Source of the DNA: Thermodesulfovibrionales bacterium
GTDB lineage: Bacteria; Nitrospirota; Thermodesulfovibrionia; Thermodesulfovibrionales; UBA9159
DNA: 64,000 bases
Direction: 5' to 3'
Assembly (NCBI GenBank): GCA_035686305.1
Contig: DASRZP010000052.1
Location: 9,723-73,722 of the forward strand
In this document: piece by piece, positions 44,447 to 53,371 of the stretch
Numbering within the stretch: position 1 is the stretch's first letter
How the letters are laid out: every line of letters starts with the position of its first letter
Program-made: the position numbers and the translations under genes
Notes under the pieces: model-generated
Told to the model about the DNA's origin: nothing
The model's input: the letters and a program-made list of their open reading frames with translations, nothing else
The model's database searches: none

Positions 44447-45085
44447 ATGAAAAAATACTTCTTTCTCCTCATAACTCTGTGTATAGCGTTTGCCTTTTTC
44501 TTGATGAACGGCTGCGGAAGTGGTTCGGGTTCTCCGGGTTCTTCGGGGAGCGAGGACACCGGTGTTACCCTTGACGCAACTATAACGCCAACATACAACG
44601 GCGCAAATACAAACTCTGTTGATGCATTCCAGGACATCTGCGACCCGGGGCCACCAGTTGTCGTCGAGTTTTTTGCAGACCACAGTGCAACAGTGGCGAT
44701 AAATGCAACGCTCATAAATCCGAATCCTCCGATCCCAGCCGGGGTTCTCACGATACAGAAATATACCATTGACTACCGGGCGTCAAAGGATTCTATCGGT
44801 GCGCCGCCGATACAGTCGGATACAAGGTTCGTAACTGTTACGATCAATCCGCCCTTTGGTGGTTTAGCCCCAATAACGACAACATTCACTGCAGAATTCC
44901 TCGATCTGACGAGGAAAGATCAGTACGCGAAAGATGTGAATGTGACAAGCGGCATATATACTTCGAGGATCTTAAACAACTATACCGCCACTTACACGTT
45001 CCAGGGCGAGAACTCTTTTGGACAAAGTTTTACCATTCAAGCGCAGGCTGATTTTCAGATAGGTAATTTCAATAATTGTAAATAA
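44447..45085 (+). CDS. Lipoprotein of unknown function, co-transcribed with pilQ
   Basis: GGAGG SD. Lipobox FLMNGC followed by a GSGSGSPGSSGSE linker. I recognise no motif in the rest, which looks like a beta-rich domain. Confidence 0.6.
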   Translation: MKKYFFLLITLCIAFAFFLMNGCGSGSGSPGSSGSEDTGVTLDATITPTYNGANTNSVDAFQDICDPGPPVVVEFFADHSATVAINATLINPNPPIPAGVLTIQKYTIDYRASKDSIGAPPIQSDTRFVTVTINPPFGGLAPITTTFTAEFLDLTRKDQYAKDVNVTSGIYTSRILNNYTATYTFQGENSFGQSFTIQAQADFQIGNFNNCK

Positions 45086-45107
45086 TGGTAAACGTCGGAG
45101 GATTAGG

Positions 45108-46529
45108 ATGAAAAAACGTATACTTTTGCTGACACTGCTCGCTATATCCCTGGCCCTTTTCGGCTGCGGAGGGAATGAGGCCGGCGGTCTTGCCACGCCG
45201 CCAGGGAATAATCCGGGGGTGCCGAGTGTCGTCAAACTCCTCCCTCTCCATTTCGTCGCTCAGACAAACTCAACCATAACTCTTCAGACGATGGTCCTTG
45301 ATGGCGATGGAAGGGCCGTGCCGAATATACCAGTCACATATACGAACCTTTCCATCGTCGGTGTTTTGAGCTCGACCCGCGCAACAACCGACAGTTTCGG
45401 TGTCGCTACGGTTACTCTCTATTCCACGACTGGGGGCTTTGCGACTGTCCAGGCTGAGGTGAACACAGGTTCGGGCAACGTGAGAGACCAAAAGACAGTC
45501 GTCTTCTCATCCTTCAGCGTGGCTCAACTGACGCCGACTCTGACCCTCGACGTTGACGATGGAGACGGCGTCTTCAATGAGACAGGTGATTTCATCCTGT
45601 TCAAGACGACAAACGACAATACGCGCGAGATAAGAGCAACGGTCTCGAACGGCGCGTTTCTTATTTCGGGGACGTCAGTGACCTTTGCATCAGACAGGCC
45701 GTATAAGGTCGGGACAGACCCTGCTGCAAAGTGCAGTGATGAAAGCGCGGTATGCGATGTCATCTTCCCGAACGGAAACGTCAAGACGACTGACGGCAAT
45801 GGGCAGGCTGAGACAACGGTCCAGGTGGTTCCGACGAGTCTTACCTCCATTCAAACAACCCTGAACATCACCGCACAGTCGGATACCGGAGCATTCAACA
45901 TGGTCAGCCTCTTCTTACAGCCTGTGACGGTCAATACCATTACTGTTTCCGGGCCAACAACCGTGGATTCCGCTGGTACAGGTGATTATATCGCCAACGC
46001 AACGACAACGGCGGGTACACCGGTGCCTGACGGGACTACCATAAACTTTACAACGACGGCCGGCAGCATCGATCCCTTTGCCCAGACACCGAACAACAAG
46101 ATTTCAGGTACAGCCAAGGCAACGTTCACGGCGCCGACAGTCACGTTTGATACTGCTGCAACGATAACGGCTTCTGTCGGGGGGAAATCGGCTTCAACAT
46201 CGGTGACAATAAAGGCGCCGGTTGTAGCCCCGCCCGCACTGACTGTTACGCCGGCAGCGCAAAGCGCAGTTTGTGGAGGTGGACCTGTCACGTTCATTGT
46301 GACGGGTGGCACAGGGGCCGGCTACAAGGCAACCTCGCTTAATCCATCTATCGTAACAGTATCCGCTGTCACCTCAGGTCAGTTTACAGCTACAGTACCT
46401 GATGCTGGTGGTTGTACGGCGGCTGGACTCGCCAGTGGGAACAGTTTAGATGTAAGTATCGCGGTAGAGGATAACGCTTCACCCTCGCCTGATATTACTA
46501 CGGCGAAAGTGACGGTTTCCAATCCTTAA
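45108..46529 (+). CDS. Lipoprotein with invasin/intimin-type bacterial Ig-like (Big) repeats, last gene of the pil operon
   Basis: GGAGG SD. Lipobox LALFGC. Big_1-like repeat: TLQTMVLDGDGRAVPNIPVTYTN...TTDSFGVATVTLYSTTGGFATVQAEV. Further similar units (TAGTPVPDGTTINFTTTAGSI...GTAKATFTAP). Confidence 0.65.
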   Translation: MKKRILLLTLLAISLALFGCGGNEAGGLATPPGNNPGVPSVVKLLPLHFVAQTNSTITLQTMVLDGDGRAVPNIPVTYTNLSIVGVLSSTRATTDSFGVATVTLYSTTGGFATVQAEVNTGSGNVRDQKTVVFSSFSVAQLTPTLTLDVDDGDGVFNETGDFILFKTTNDNTREIRATVSNGAFLISGTSVTFASDRPYKVGTDPAAKCSDESAVCDVIFPNGNVKTTDGNGQAETTVQVVPTSLTSIQTTLNITAQSDTGAFNMVSLFLQPVTVNTITVSGPTTVDSAGTGDYIANATTTAGTPVPDGTTINFTTTAGSIDPFAQTPNNKISGTAKATFTAPTVTFDTAATITASVGGKSASTSVTIKAPVVAPPALTVTPAAQSAVCGGGPVTFIVTGGTGAGYKATSLNPSIVTVSAVTSGQFTATVPDAGGCTAAGLASGNSLDVSIAVEDNASPSPDITTAKVTVSNP

Positions 46530-46556
46530 AGACGAATGTCTGAAAATGTCTGAAAA

Positions 46557-46584
46557 GGGGCGGGCGAAAAACCCGCCCTTTTTT
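46557..46584 (+). terminator. Rho-independent terminator ending the pilM-to-lipoprotein operon
   Basis: GGGCGGG (46558-46564), a 7-nt loop, CCCGCCC (46572-46578), then TTTTTT (46579-46584). Confidence 0.85.
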
Positions 46585-46615
46585 GTAAGGAGTTCATCGG
46601 AGAACCACGCAAATC

Positions 46616-46638
46616 GTCATTCCCGCTTGTCGGGAATC
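46616..46638 (+). repeat. 23-nt hairpin motif, copy C
   Basis: GTCATTCCCGCTTGTCGGGAATC has the same flanks and loop as copy A. The stem differs by paired (compensatory) changes. TTTTTGA follows it. Confidence 0.8.
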
Positions 46639-46650
46639 TTTTTGAAGAAA

Positions 46651-46673
46651 GACTCCGGGCAAGCCGGAGTGAC
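46651..46673 (-). repeat. 23-nt hairpin motif, copy D (inverted)
   Basis: Reverse complement GTCACTCCGGCTTGCCCGGAGTC. It lies 12 nt from copy C, in the same inverted arrangement as A/B but with no gene between. Confidence 0.8.
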
Positions 46674-46822
46674 AGAAACGAATGCTAATGTGGCCTTAGT
46701 CATGAACTTCTGGGAATGTCTCACCTTTAAACTTGTTGCTCTCTTGCATAATGAAAAACAGGTTCTCTCCGTGCTAAAATAGGCACGCTCTTCAGGAATT
46801 GTGCATAAAGGGAGATTTCTTC

Positions 46823-47674
46823 ATGATGATGCAGAGCATGACCGGCTTCGGTTCATCGGAGAGAGGGCCATTCAAGGTCGAGATCCGTTCCGTGAACCAC
46901 CGGTTTATCGATATCTCCATGAAGATCCCCCAGAATCTGGGCCGTCACGAGATACCTCTGAGGAACCTCGTAAAGGAGAGGTTCTCGAGGGGACGGTTTG
47001 ATGTGCTCCTAGCCGTGGAGCGCGCTGGGAACGTCAGGGTGAAGGTCAACCAGGACCTTGCCAGGGAGATTTATGACGCCCTTTTTTCCCTTAAGAGAGA
47101 CCTCTCCCTTTCCGGCACGATTGATATTGATACGGTCGCAGAATTCCGGGACCTCATATTGTCTGAGGAGATCGATTTTGATGCAGAACCCCTCTATGAG
47201 GCCTTTCAGGAGGCCTTGGGAAGACTTGAAGAGATGAGGTTCAGGGAAGGAGAGGCGATCGGCCGTGACATGATCTCACGCCTCGATCTGATCAGCAAGA
47301 TGAACGAAGAGGTTGCGCTCCTCTGCCCCGATGCCGTAGAGGATTCCAGGAAGAGGTTTGCGGAACGTCTCCATGGGCTTTTTGGAGCGGTGACGTACGA
47401 TGAGAACCGGGTCCTGCAGGAAGCGGCGATTATGGCCGAGAAGACCGACATCAGTGAGGAGATCACACGGTTCAATTCCCATCTGTCACAGCTGAAGACG
47501 GTCCTCTCGGGCGGCGATTCAGTCGGAAGAAAGATAGAGTTCCTCCTTCAGGAGTTGAACAGGGAGGCGAATACCATAGCCTCCAAGGCAGGCGACTACC
47601 GCATCTCAAAGATATCGGTGGAGATGAAGGCGGAACTCGAAAAGATGAGGGAACAGGCGCAAAATATACAGTAG
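46823..47674 (+). CDS. YicC family stress-induced protein
   Basis: [10 protein letters not shown]... N-terminus and REANTI...K motif near the C-terminus. The start is one of the ATGs at 46823-46829, after AAGGGAG. Confidence 0.85.
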   Translation: MMMQSMTGFGSSERGPFKVEIRSVNHRFIDISMKIPQNLGRHEIPLRNLVKERFSRGRFDVLLAVERAGNVRVKVNQDLAREIYDALFSLKRDLSLSGTIDIDTVAEFRDLILSEEIDFDAEPLYEAFQEALGRLEEMRFREGEAIGRDMISRLDLISKMNEEVALLCPDAVEDSRKRFAERLHGLFGAVTYDENRVLQEAAIMAEKTDISEEITRFNSHLSQLKTVLSGGDSVGRKIEFLLQELNREANTIASKAGDYRISKISVEMKAELEKMREQAQNIQ

Positions 47675-47702
47675 GAAATGCAATAAACGAAAGGACCCTG
47701 CC

Positions 47703-48035
47703 ATGAAAAGAGACTTAAGCCCCGTACTCGTGAATATCGGCTTCGGCAACGTTGTATCTTCATCAAGGGTAATCGCGATCGTGACCCCCGGCTCGTCCCC
47801 AATGAAACGCTTACGGGATGAAGCGAAGAAGAGGGGCAAGCTAATCGACGCGACAGAAGGGAGACGGACGCGCTCGATCATCGTCACCGACAGCGACCAC
47901 ATAATCCTCAGCGCCCTCCAGACAGAGACCATAACCCAGCGCTTTGGTGAGGACAGGGAAGTGGAAGGTATCTCCAGGGAACAGAAGATCCACGAGCACG
48001 ATGAGACCGGAGAGCATGAGGAAGAGGAAAGGTAG
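47703..48035 (+). CDS. remA: DUF370/RemA family protein
   Basis: [29 protein letters not shown]...[27 protein letters not shown]. It has an acidic C-terminal tail longer than I expect for this family. Confidence 0.85.
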   Translation: MKRDLSPVLVNIGFGNVVSSSRVIAIVTPGSSPMKRLRDEAKKRGKLIDATEGRRTRSIIVTDSDHIILSALQTETITQRFGEDREVEGISREQKIHEHDETGEHEEEER

Positions 48036-48627
48036 TCTTTTTATTGTTTCTGCCCCGTCAGGGGCCGGCAAGACCACCTTGTGCCGTGAGCTTACCGCAG
48101 TGCTGCCGGATATCAGACATTCCGTCTCCTATACGACAAGACCGCCGCGAAAGGGAGAGGCGGACAACAGGGACTATACCTTTGTGAAGGAAGAGGAATT
48201 CAGGAGGATGATCAGAGAAGGGGCCTTTGTGGAGTGGGCGGTGGTCCATGGCAACCTCTACGGCACATCCCGGCAACGCCTCGAAGAGATGAGGAAAGAG
48301 GGCATAGATGTGATTCTCGATATCGACACTCAGGGCGCCCGCCAGCTTCGCCTGAACTATCGGGACGGCCTCTATATCTTTGTGCTGCCTCCTTCTCTCG
48401 ATGTCCTGAAGAAGAGGCTCGACGACCGTATGAGCAACGCCCCTGATGACATAAAGCTCAGGATGAAGAGAGCCGTTGAGGAGATTCGGGAGTATAAAAA
48501 TTACGATTATGTTATAGTAAATGATATTTTGGCTGAGGCCCTGTCGGAGCTGAAGGCGATTGTTCTGGCCGAGAGGGTGAAAAGAGAGAATATAGACCCG
48601 GAATGGGTAGAGACCTTTGCGGTTTAG
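48016..48627 (+). CDS. gmk: Guanylate kinase
   Basis: [30 protein letters not shown]. The start is uncertain (48001 or 48016; the ORF is open from 47944). Confidence 0.9.
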   Translation: MRKRKGSLFIVSAPSGAGKTTLCRELTAVLPDIRHSVSYTTRPPRKGEADNRDYTFVKEEEFRRMIREGAFVEWAVVHGNLYGTSRQRLEEMRKEGIDVILDIDTQGARQLRLNYRDGLYIFVLPPSLDVLKKRLDDRMSNAPDDIKLRMKRAVEEIREYKNYDYVIVNDILAEALSELKAIVLAERVKRENIDPEWVETFAV

Positions 48628-48636
48628 GAGGAAGGA

Positions 48637-49089
48637 ATGAATAAAGGGACGAACATCATCTCATTGCCCGTTGAAGTCGACAAGAAGGCAATAGACGGCA
48701 AATACCGGCTTGCTTCGATCGCCGCCCAGAGGGCACGAGAGCTTGCGCTCGGGGCGAAACCGAAGATCGGCACAAAGTCAAAGAAAGTGACGACCGTAGC
48801 GATTGAAGAGGCCCTGAGCGGTTCGCTGGAGTTTGTCACCGGCGAAGAGGCGAGGAAGGCAAGGCAAGAGGCAAAGAAATTCGATTACAAGAGACTCCTC
48901 GAAGAGAAGCGGAGAGAAGGTGCTCCCGAGGACCTCTCGGAGCTGGAGAAGGACCTGAAGGTCTATCTTCACGAAAGGGGAGCCGGGGAGAGGAAGGCAT
49001 TGGAAGACCTCTTCACTGGAAAAGGAGAGGAGTCGGAATCCCCCGAAGGTCAGGAGGATCTTGGGGAAGAGAGTGGTGCCGACGAATAA
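48637..49089 (+). CDS. rpoZ: DNA-directed RNA polymerase omega subunit with a long charged C-terminal extension
   Basis: YRLASIAAQRARELALGAKPK...TVAIEEALSGSLEFV core, followed by about 80 K/E-rich residues. Confidence 0.85.
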   Translation: MNKGTNIISLPVEVDKKAIDGKYRLASIAAQRARELALGAKPKIGTKSKKVTTVAIEEALSGSLEFVTGEEARKARQEAKKFDYKRLLEEKRREGAPEDLSELEKDLKVYLHERGAGERKALEDLFTGKGEESESPEGQEDLGEESGADE

Positions 49090-50254
49090 GAAGATCCTTT
49101 TGGGGGTCACCGGAAGTATTGCCGTTTATAAGTCTGTCGAATTAGCCAGAAGACTCGTCGAAGAAGGGGCATCTGTTCATGTGATCATGACTGATGCCTC
49201 TCGGCATTTTGTCGCCCCCCTCACTTTCGAAGTCGTGTCCCGGGAGAAAGTCAGCTCAGACCTGTATGCCGATCCCCTGTCTCACATCACACTCACTGCC
49301 GATGCTGATCTCATGGTGGTAGCGCCTGCAACGGCAAATGCCATAGGGAAATTCGCCCATGGCATCGCTGATGATCTCCTGAGCACCTGTATGCTCTCCT
49401 TCAAGGGCACCGTGATCATTGCGCCTGCAATGAACTGGAGGATGTATGAAAACCCCGTTGTTCAGAACAACCTCAGGTCTCTTGCATCCCATGGCGTCAT
49501 ACAGGTCGGCCCCGACAAGGGGAGCCTTGCCTGTGGCGATGATGCGGTGGGAAGGATGTCGGATATTCAGGAGATCGTCGAGGCGCTGAAGTCCGCCCTG
49601 ACCAGGAAAGATCTCCTAGGCCGGAGAATACTCGTCACGGCAGGTCCGACGCGGGAGTACCTGGACCCGGTAAGGTTTCTGTCGAACCGGTCCTCGGGCA
49701 AGATGGGTTTTGCGGTGGCGAGGGCAGCACTGAGGAGAGGAGCAAAGGTGACGGTGGTCAAGGGTCCCACGGAGTTGAAGCCTCCCCCACAGGCTGAGGT
49801 CATTTCTGTCGAGACCGCTTTGGAGATGAGAGAGGCCGTTCTCAGGAATCTCGAATGCGATGCCCTCATCATGACTGCTGCTGTGGCAGATTTTGCTCCT
49901 GCTGTGAAGAGAGAAAAGAAGATCGAAAAGAGCGACGTCCTCAGCCTCGACCTGATGAAGAACCCTGATATCCTTTCGGAGGTCGGCAGGAGGAACAAGA
50001 GGCCCCTCCTCGTCGGTTTTTCTGCAGAGGCAGGTCCGGACCTGGAGCGCGCACGAAGGAAACGAGCCGAGAAGGGCGTGGATCTTATGGTATTCAATGA
50101 CATCTCCTCTCCCGGCGCAGGATTTGACACGGACACAAACGAAATCACGATCATAGAGAAGGACGGAACGACGGCCTTTCCCCTCATGCCAAAGGACGAA
50201 GTTGCCGGGAAGATCCTCGATAGAGTCGCGCATTTACTCCTTGACTTTTCGTGA
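49061..50254 (+). CDS. coaBC: Bifunctional phosphopantothenoylcysteine decarboxylase / phosphopantothenate-cysteine ligase
   Basis: KKILLGVTGSIAVYK, PAMN..M, ITAGPTREYLDPVRFLSNRSSGKMG. TTG/GTG start options at 49061-49076. Confidence 0.92.
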   Translation: MGKRVVPTNKKILLGVTGSIAVYKSVELARRLVEEGASVHVIMTDASRHFVAPLTFEVVSREKVSSDLYADPLSHITLTADADLMVVAPATANAIGKFAHGIADDLLSTCMLSFKGTVIIAPAMNWRMYENPVVQNNLRSLASHGVIQVGPDKGSLACGDDAVGRMSDIQEIVEALKSALTRKDLLGRRILVTAGPTREYLDPVRFLSNRSSGKMGFAVARAALRRGAKVTVVKGPTELKPPPQAEVISVETALEMREAVLRNLECDALIMTAAVADFAPAVKREKKIEKSDVLSLDLMKNPDILSEVGRRNKRPLLVGFSAEAGPDLERARRKRAEKGVDLMVFNDISSPGAGFDTDTNEITIIEKDGTTAFPLMPKDEVAGKILDRVAHLLLDFS

Positions 50255-50278
50255 AGTTTCGATAACAATTATACGAGC

Positions 50279-51256
50279 ATGGCCTTAGAAGAGATAGAGA
50301 AACTGCGGCTCAGGGTAGAAAAGGACCAAAGCTCACGGCTCTTTCTCCCGCTTGCTGAAGAATACCGGAAGGCGGGTATGCCTGATGAGGCGATCGCTGT
50401 TCTTTCGAAAGGCCTCGAACGCCATCCCGGGTATACTAGTGCGAGGGTTGCCATCGGCAGGCTCTACCTTGAGAAGAATATGTTTGAGGAGGCGAAGGCC
50501 GAATTCGAAAAGGTCATAAGCGTTGCTCCTGATAACCTCTTTGCACACAGGAAACTCGCCGACATATACCGGGACCTTGGCGACAAGGAAAAGGCTGCAG
50601 CCCAGTATAGGACACTTCTCTCATTGAATCCCCTTGACGATGACGCAAGGTCATGCCTCGATGCTGTTGAGGCCGGAGTCGCAGAAGAACATGCAGTTTC
50701 GCTCTCTCCCGAGGCCGCGACGATCGAGGAGACAGCCCTTGAAGAGGAAGTTACGGCAGGGAGCGGGGAAGACGAATTCCAAGAGGTTTTTGCGGGCGAG
50801 GAGGTCCCCGATATCGAAGTGACGGAACTGGAGGAGCCACAAGTTCTCGAAGAGGACTTTGAAGAATTCAGCAAGTCTCTTTCCCGGGAATTCGAGATCG
50901 AAGAAGCTCGGGTCAAAGGCGCCGAAGTCTTTTCAGAGGAGGCAATCCTTTCTCCGGCCCATCAGGCCTTTGAGGATATCGCTGAAGTTCGGGAACCTGA
51001 AAAGCAAAGCGAGGACGCTGTCTTTGCGATCGGCATGTCAACTGCCGATTCCCTTGTCTCATCGAAGAATTATTCCAAGGCCTTGGAGGCATACCGGGGA
51101 ATGCTGGCTCGCTATCCCGGCAATACGCAACTTCTCCAGCGGGTTGCTGAACTGAAGGCATTCTTGAAGCTGATCGGCAGGGGAGAAGAGGTCGTCATTT
51201 CGAAGTTAGAGGCGCTTCGTGAAGGAATCCATGGAAGGTTCAGCGGAAGCCACTGA
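50279..51256 (+). CDS. TPR-repeat protein with an acidic central linker
   Basis: N-terminal TPR units (AEEYRKAGMPDEAIAVLSKGLERHPGYTSARVAIGRLYLEKNMFEEAKAEFEKVISVAPDN...), an E/D-rich middle, and a C-terminal TPR (NYSKALEAYRGMLARYPGN). Confidence 0.7.
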   Translation: MALEEIEKLRLRVEKDQSSRLFLPLAEEYRKAGMPDEAIAVLSKGLERHPGYTSARVAIGRLYLEKNMFEEAKAEFEKVISVAPDNLFAHRKLADIYRDLGDKEKAAAQYRTLLSLNPLDDDARSCLDAVEAGVAEEHAVSLSPEAATIEETALEEEVTAGSGEDEFQEVFAGEEVPDIEVTELEEPQVLEEDFEEFSKSLSREFEIEEARVKGAEVFSEEAILSPAHQAFEDIAEVREPEKQSEDAVFAIGMSTADSLVSSKNYSKALEAYRGMLARYPGNTQLLQRVAELKAFLKLIGRGEEVVISKLEALREGIHGRFSGSH

Positions 51257-51296
51257 GCAGGGGCCTGCGGGGATGGCCTTCTGTTGAAGAAGAACT

Positions 51297-51653
51297 ATGA
51301 GCTTTGCGAATATCCTTAAGGAAGTGGTGGACAAGGTTGACGGAGCCGTGTCTGCAGTGATAATCGGTTCTGACGGAATCCCTGTTCAGGAGTATGCCAC
51401 AGAGAAACTCCTTAACCTCGAGGACCTCGGCGCAGAGTCTTCGGCAATGATCAGGGACGTCAATCTGGCCGCTCAAAACCTTGGCCTTGGCAGGGCAGAG
51501 GAGTTTTCGATCATATCCGACCGATGCGGTATTATCATGCGACAGATCAATGCCGACTACTATCTCGCCCTCGTCATTCGTCCTGACGGAAACTATGGAA
51601 AGGGCAGATTTGTCCTCAGGACGACGGTCCCGAGGATTGAGGGGGAATTCTAA
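51297..51653 (+). CDS. Roadblock/LC7 (MglB-like) domain protein
   Basis: 118 aa. FANILKEVVDKVDGAVSAVIIGSDGIPV...ESSAMIRD... is typical of Roadblock/LC7. Confidence 0.7.
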   Translation: MSFANILKEVVDKVDGAVSAVIIGSDGIPVQEYATEKLLNLEDLGAESSAMIRDVNLAAQNLGLGRAEEFSIISDRCGIIMRQINADYYLALVIRPDGNYGKGRFVLRTTVPRIEGEF

Positions 51654-51740
51654 GAACGCCCACGGGTGAATGGTGATGAGGGAAGAGAGACTTCTCATAG
51701 GACCTGTCGCGCCTTGTCTCTTGCGGCCTGCGGTTTCGGT

Positions 51741-52172
51741 ATGAAGGTTCTCGTCATTCATGGTCCGAACCTCAATCTCCTCGGAAAAAGAGAGCCTGAG
51801 GTTTATGGGACCCTCACCCTTTCCGACATCGATACCAGGATACGTTCGAAGGCATCTGAACTGGGGATCGATCTCTTCCTGCTCCAGTCCAACAGCGAGG
51901 CTGAAATCGTCGGAGCGATACAGAATGACATTTACGACGTCCTCATCATTAACCCAGCAGCCTTTACCCATACGAGCATTGCGATCCGGGACGCCATCGC
52001 CGCTGTCGGCAAGCCTGCCATAGAAGTCCATCTTTCGAACATCCACAGGAGGGAGGAGTTCAGAAGGACGTCCTTCGTTGCAGGGGTATCGCTGGGACAG
52101 ATCAGCGGTTTCGGTGCAGACAGTTACATTCTCGCACTCATCGCCGCAAAGAATATCATCTCTCAGGGGTAG
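51741..52172 (+). CDS. aroQ: Type II 3-dehydroquinate dehydratase
   Basis: [23 protein letters not shown]...[16 protein letters not shown]...[14 protein letters not shown]. The start is set at the internal ATG 51741. Confidence 0.93.
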   Translation: MKVLVIHGPNLNLLGKREPEVYGTLTLSDIDTRIRSKASELGIDLFLLQSNSEAEIVGAIQNDIYDVLIINPAAFTHTSIAIRDAIAAVGKPAIEVHLSNIHRREEFRRTSFVAGVSLGQISGFGADSYILALIAAKNIISQG

Positions 52173-52220
52173 ACCATTACGAGCGGATATACGGTACGTA
52201 TCTCACGGCTGAGGGAATCC

Positions 52221-53291
52221 ATGACGAGAAGGGGGGTGGACGGGCTCCTCATAACGAACCTCGTCAACGTACGATATCTCTCCGGCTTTCAGGGAAGCTC
52301 CGGTTTTATCTTCATAGCAAAGAGGAGGAATATCTTTGTAACAGACTTCAGATACGCGGAAGAAGTCGAGACGGAGTTCAGCGACCAACGCAGCAGGGGA
52401 GGACCGGGGGGGAAAGGGACTGACTGGGAGATCGTCATCGAAAGGGGAAACAGGCTCAGCGTTATCACAAAACTCGCCAGGGACCTCGGTGTCCGTTCCC
52501 TCGGCTTCGAATCTTCCGCATCCTATGATTTCTATGCGAGCCTCCTGAAGAGCGGCTTCAATCGGATCAAACCGTTGAAAGGGCTTGTCGAGGGCCAACG
52601 GGCAGTTAAGGACGAAGAAGAGATAACGCTGATACGTGAGGCTGTGAGGCGTGCAGAGTCCGCATTCACTGATGTGAAGCCATTCATAAGGTTGGGCAGG
52701 AGCGAGCGAGCCATTGCCTGCATGCTGGAGGAACGGCTAAAAAAAAGAGGTTGCAATCATATCCCTTTTGATATAATAGTGGCGTCCGGGAGCAATGGGG
52801 CGATGCCTCATGCCAAGACTACAGAAAAGAGGCTCTCACCAGGAGACCTTGTTGTCATTGACTGGGGAGGGGAGGCGGACGGGTACTTTTCCGATATCAC
52901 GAGGACGGTGATTATGCGGGGCCCGGATCTCGCAAAGAAGAGAGAGATTTACGGGGCTGTCCTGACGGCCAGCAGGAAGGCCATCGCTTCAGTAAGAACG
53001 GGCGTTGAGGGAAACGAAGTCGACAGCGTCGCCAGGGAATGTATCAGAGATGCCGGGTATGGCAGATACTTTGGCCACGGCACAGGCCATGGAGTCGGCC
53101 TCGAAGTTCATGAACTGCCGCGTATAACCTGGACAAGAAGGGACATCCTTTCGGCGAATGCGGTCTTTACGATCGAGCCGGGGATCTACTTGCCGGGCGT
53201 CGGCGGCGTGAGAATCGAGGACATGGTAGTCGCGAGGGGTAAAGGAGCTGAGGTGTTGACGGCGTTGCCAAGGAGACTGGAGATTCTCTAA
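52221..53291 (+). CDS. pepP: M24 family Xaa-Pro aminopeptidase
   Basis: DGLLITNLVNVRYLSGF... N-domain. Metal-ligand motifs DWGGEADGYFSDITRT, GHGTGHGVGLEVHE, TIEPGIY, RIED. Confidence 0.88.
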   Translation: MTRRGVDGLLITNLVNVRYLSGFQGSSGFIFIAKRRNIFVTDFRYAEEVETEFSDQRSRGGPGGKGTDWEIVIERGNRLSVITKLARDLGVRSLGFESSASYDFYASLLKSGFNRIKPLKGLVEGQRAVKDEEEITLIREAVRRAESAFTDVKPFIRLGRSERAIACMLEERLKKRGCNHIPFDIIVASGSNGAMPHAKTTEKRLSPGDLVVIDWGGEADGYFSDITRTVIMRGPDLAKKREIYGAVLTASRKAIASVRTGVEGNEVDSVARECIRDAGYGRYFGHGTGHGVGLEVHELPRITWTRRDILSANAVFTIEPGIYLPGVGGVRIEDMVVARGKGAEVLTALPRRLEIL

Positions 53292-53371
53292 CGTTTGTCT
53301 ACGACTGGGACGGGGGACACCGTTATGCCGGATATCAGAGGGACGGATTATTTTAAGGAGGAGGTCAGAAT

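Noticed and set aside
46535-46554. Tandem duplication AATGTCTGAA x2 just before the terminator.
   Set aside because: It has only two 10-nt units in a 3' UTR and no further copies were seen. It is probably a trivial slippage duplication.
46546-46782. 78-aa plus-strand ORF after the pil operon.
   Set aside because: It runs straight through the intrinsic terminator and both hairpin-motif copies (its HSRLSGIFLKKDSGQAGVTE segment is the repeat translated). It is better explained as a non-coding repeat element.
52170-52223. aroQ and pepP are in the same frame, separated by a single TAG. The 16 intervening codons (..RISRLRES) resemble the usual N-terminal helix of Xaa-Pro peptidases. This raised the ideas of read-through or a non-canonical upstream start.
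   Set aside because: The ATG at 52221 has a reasonable SD (GAGGGA), and no ATG/GTG/TTG lies in the 16 codons. The resemblance rests on very few residues. Ribosome profiling would be needed to reopen this.
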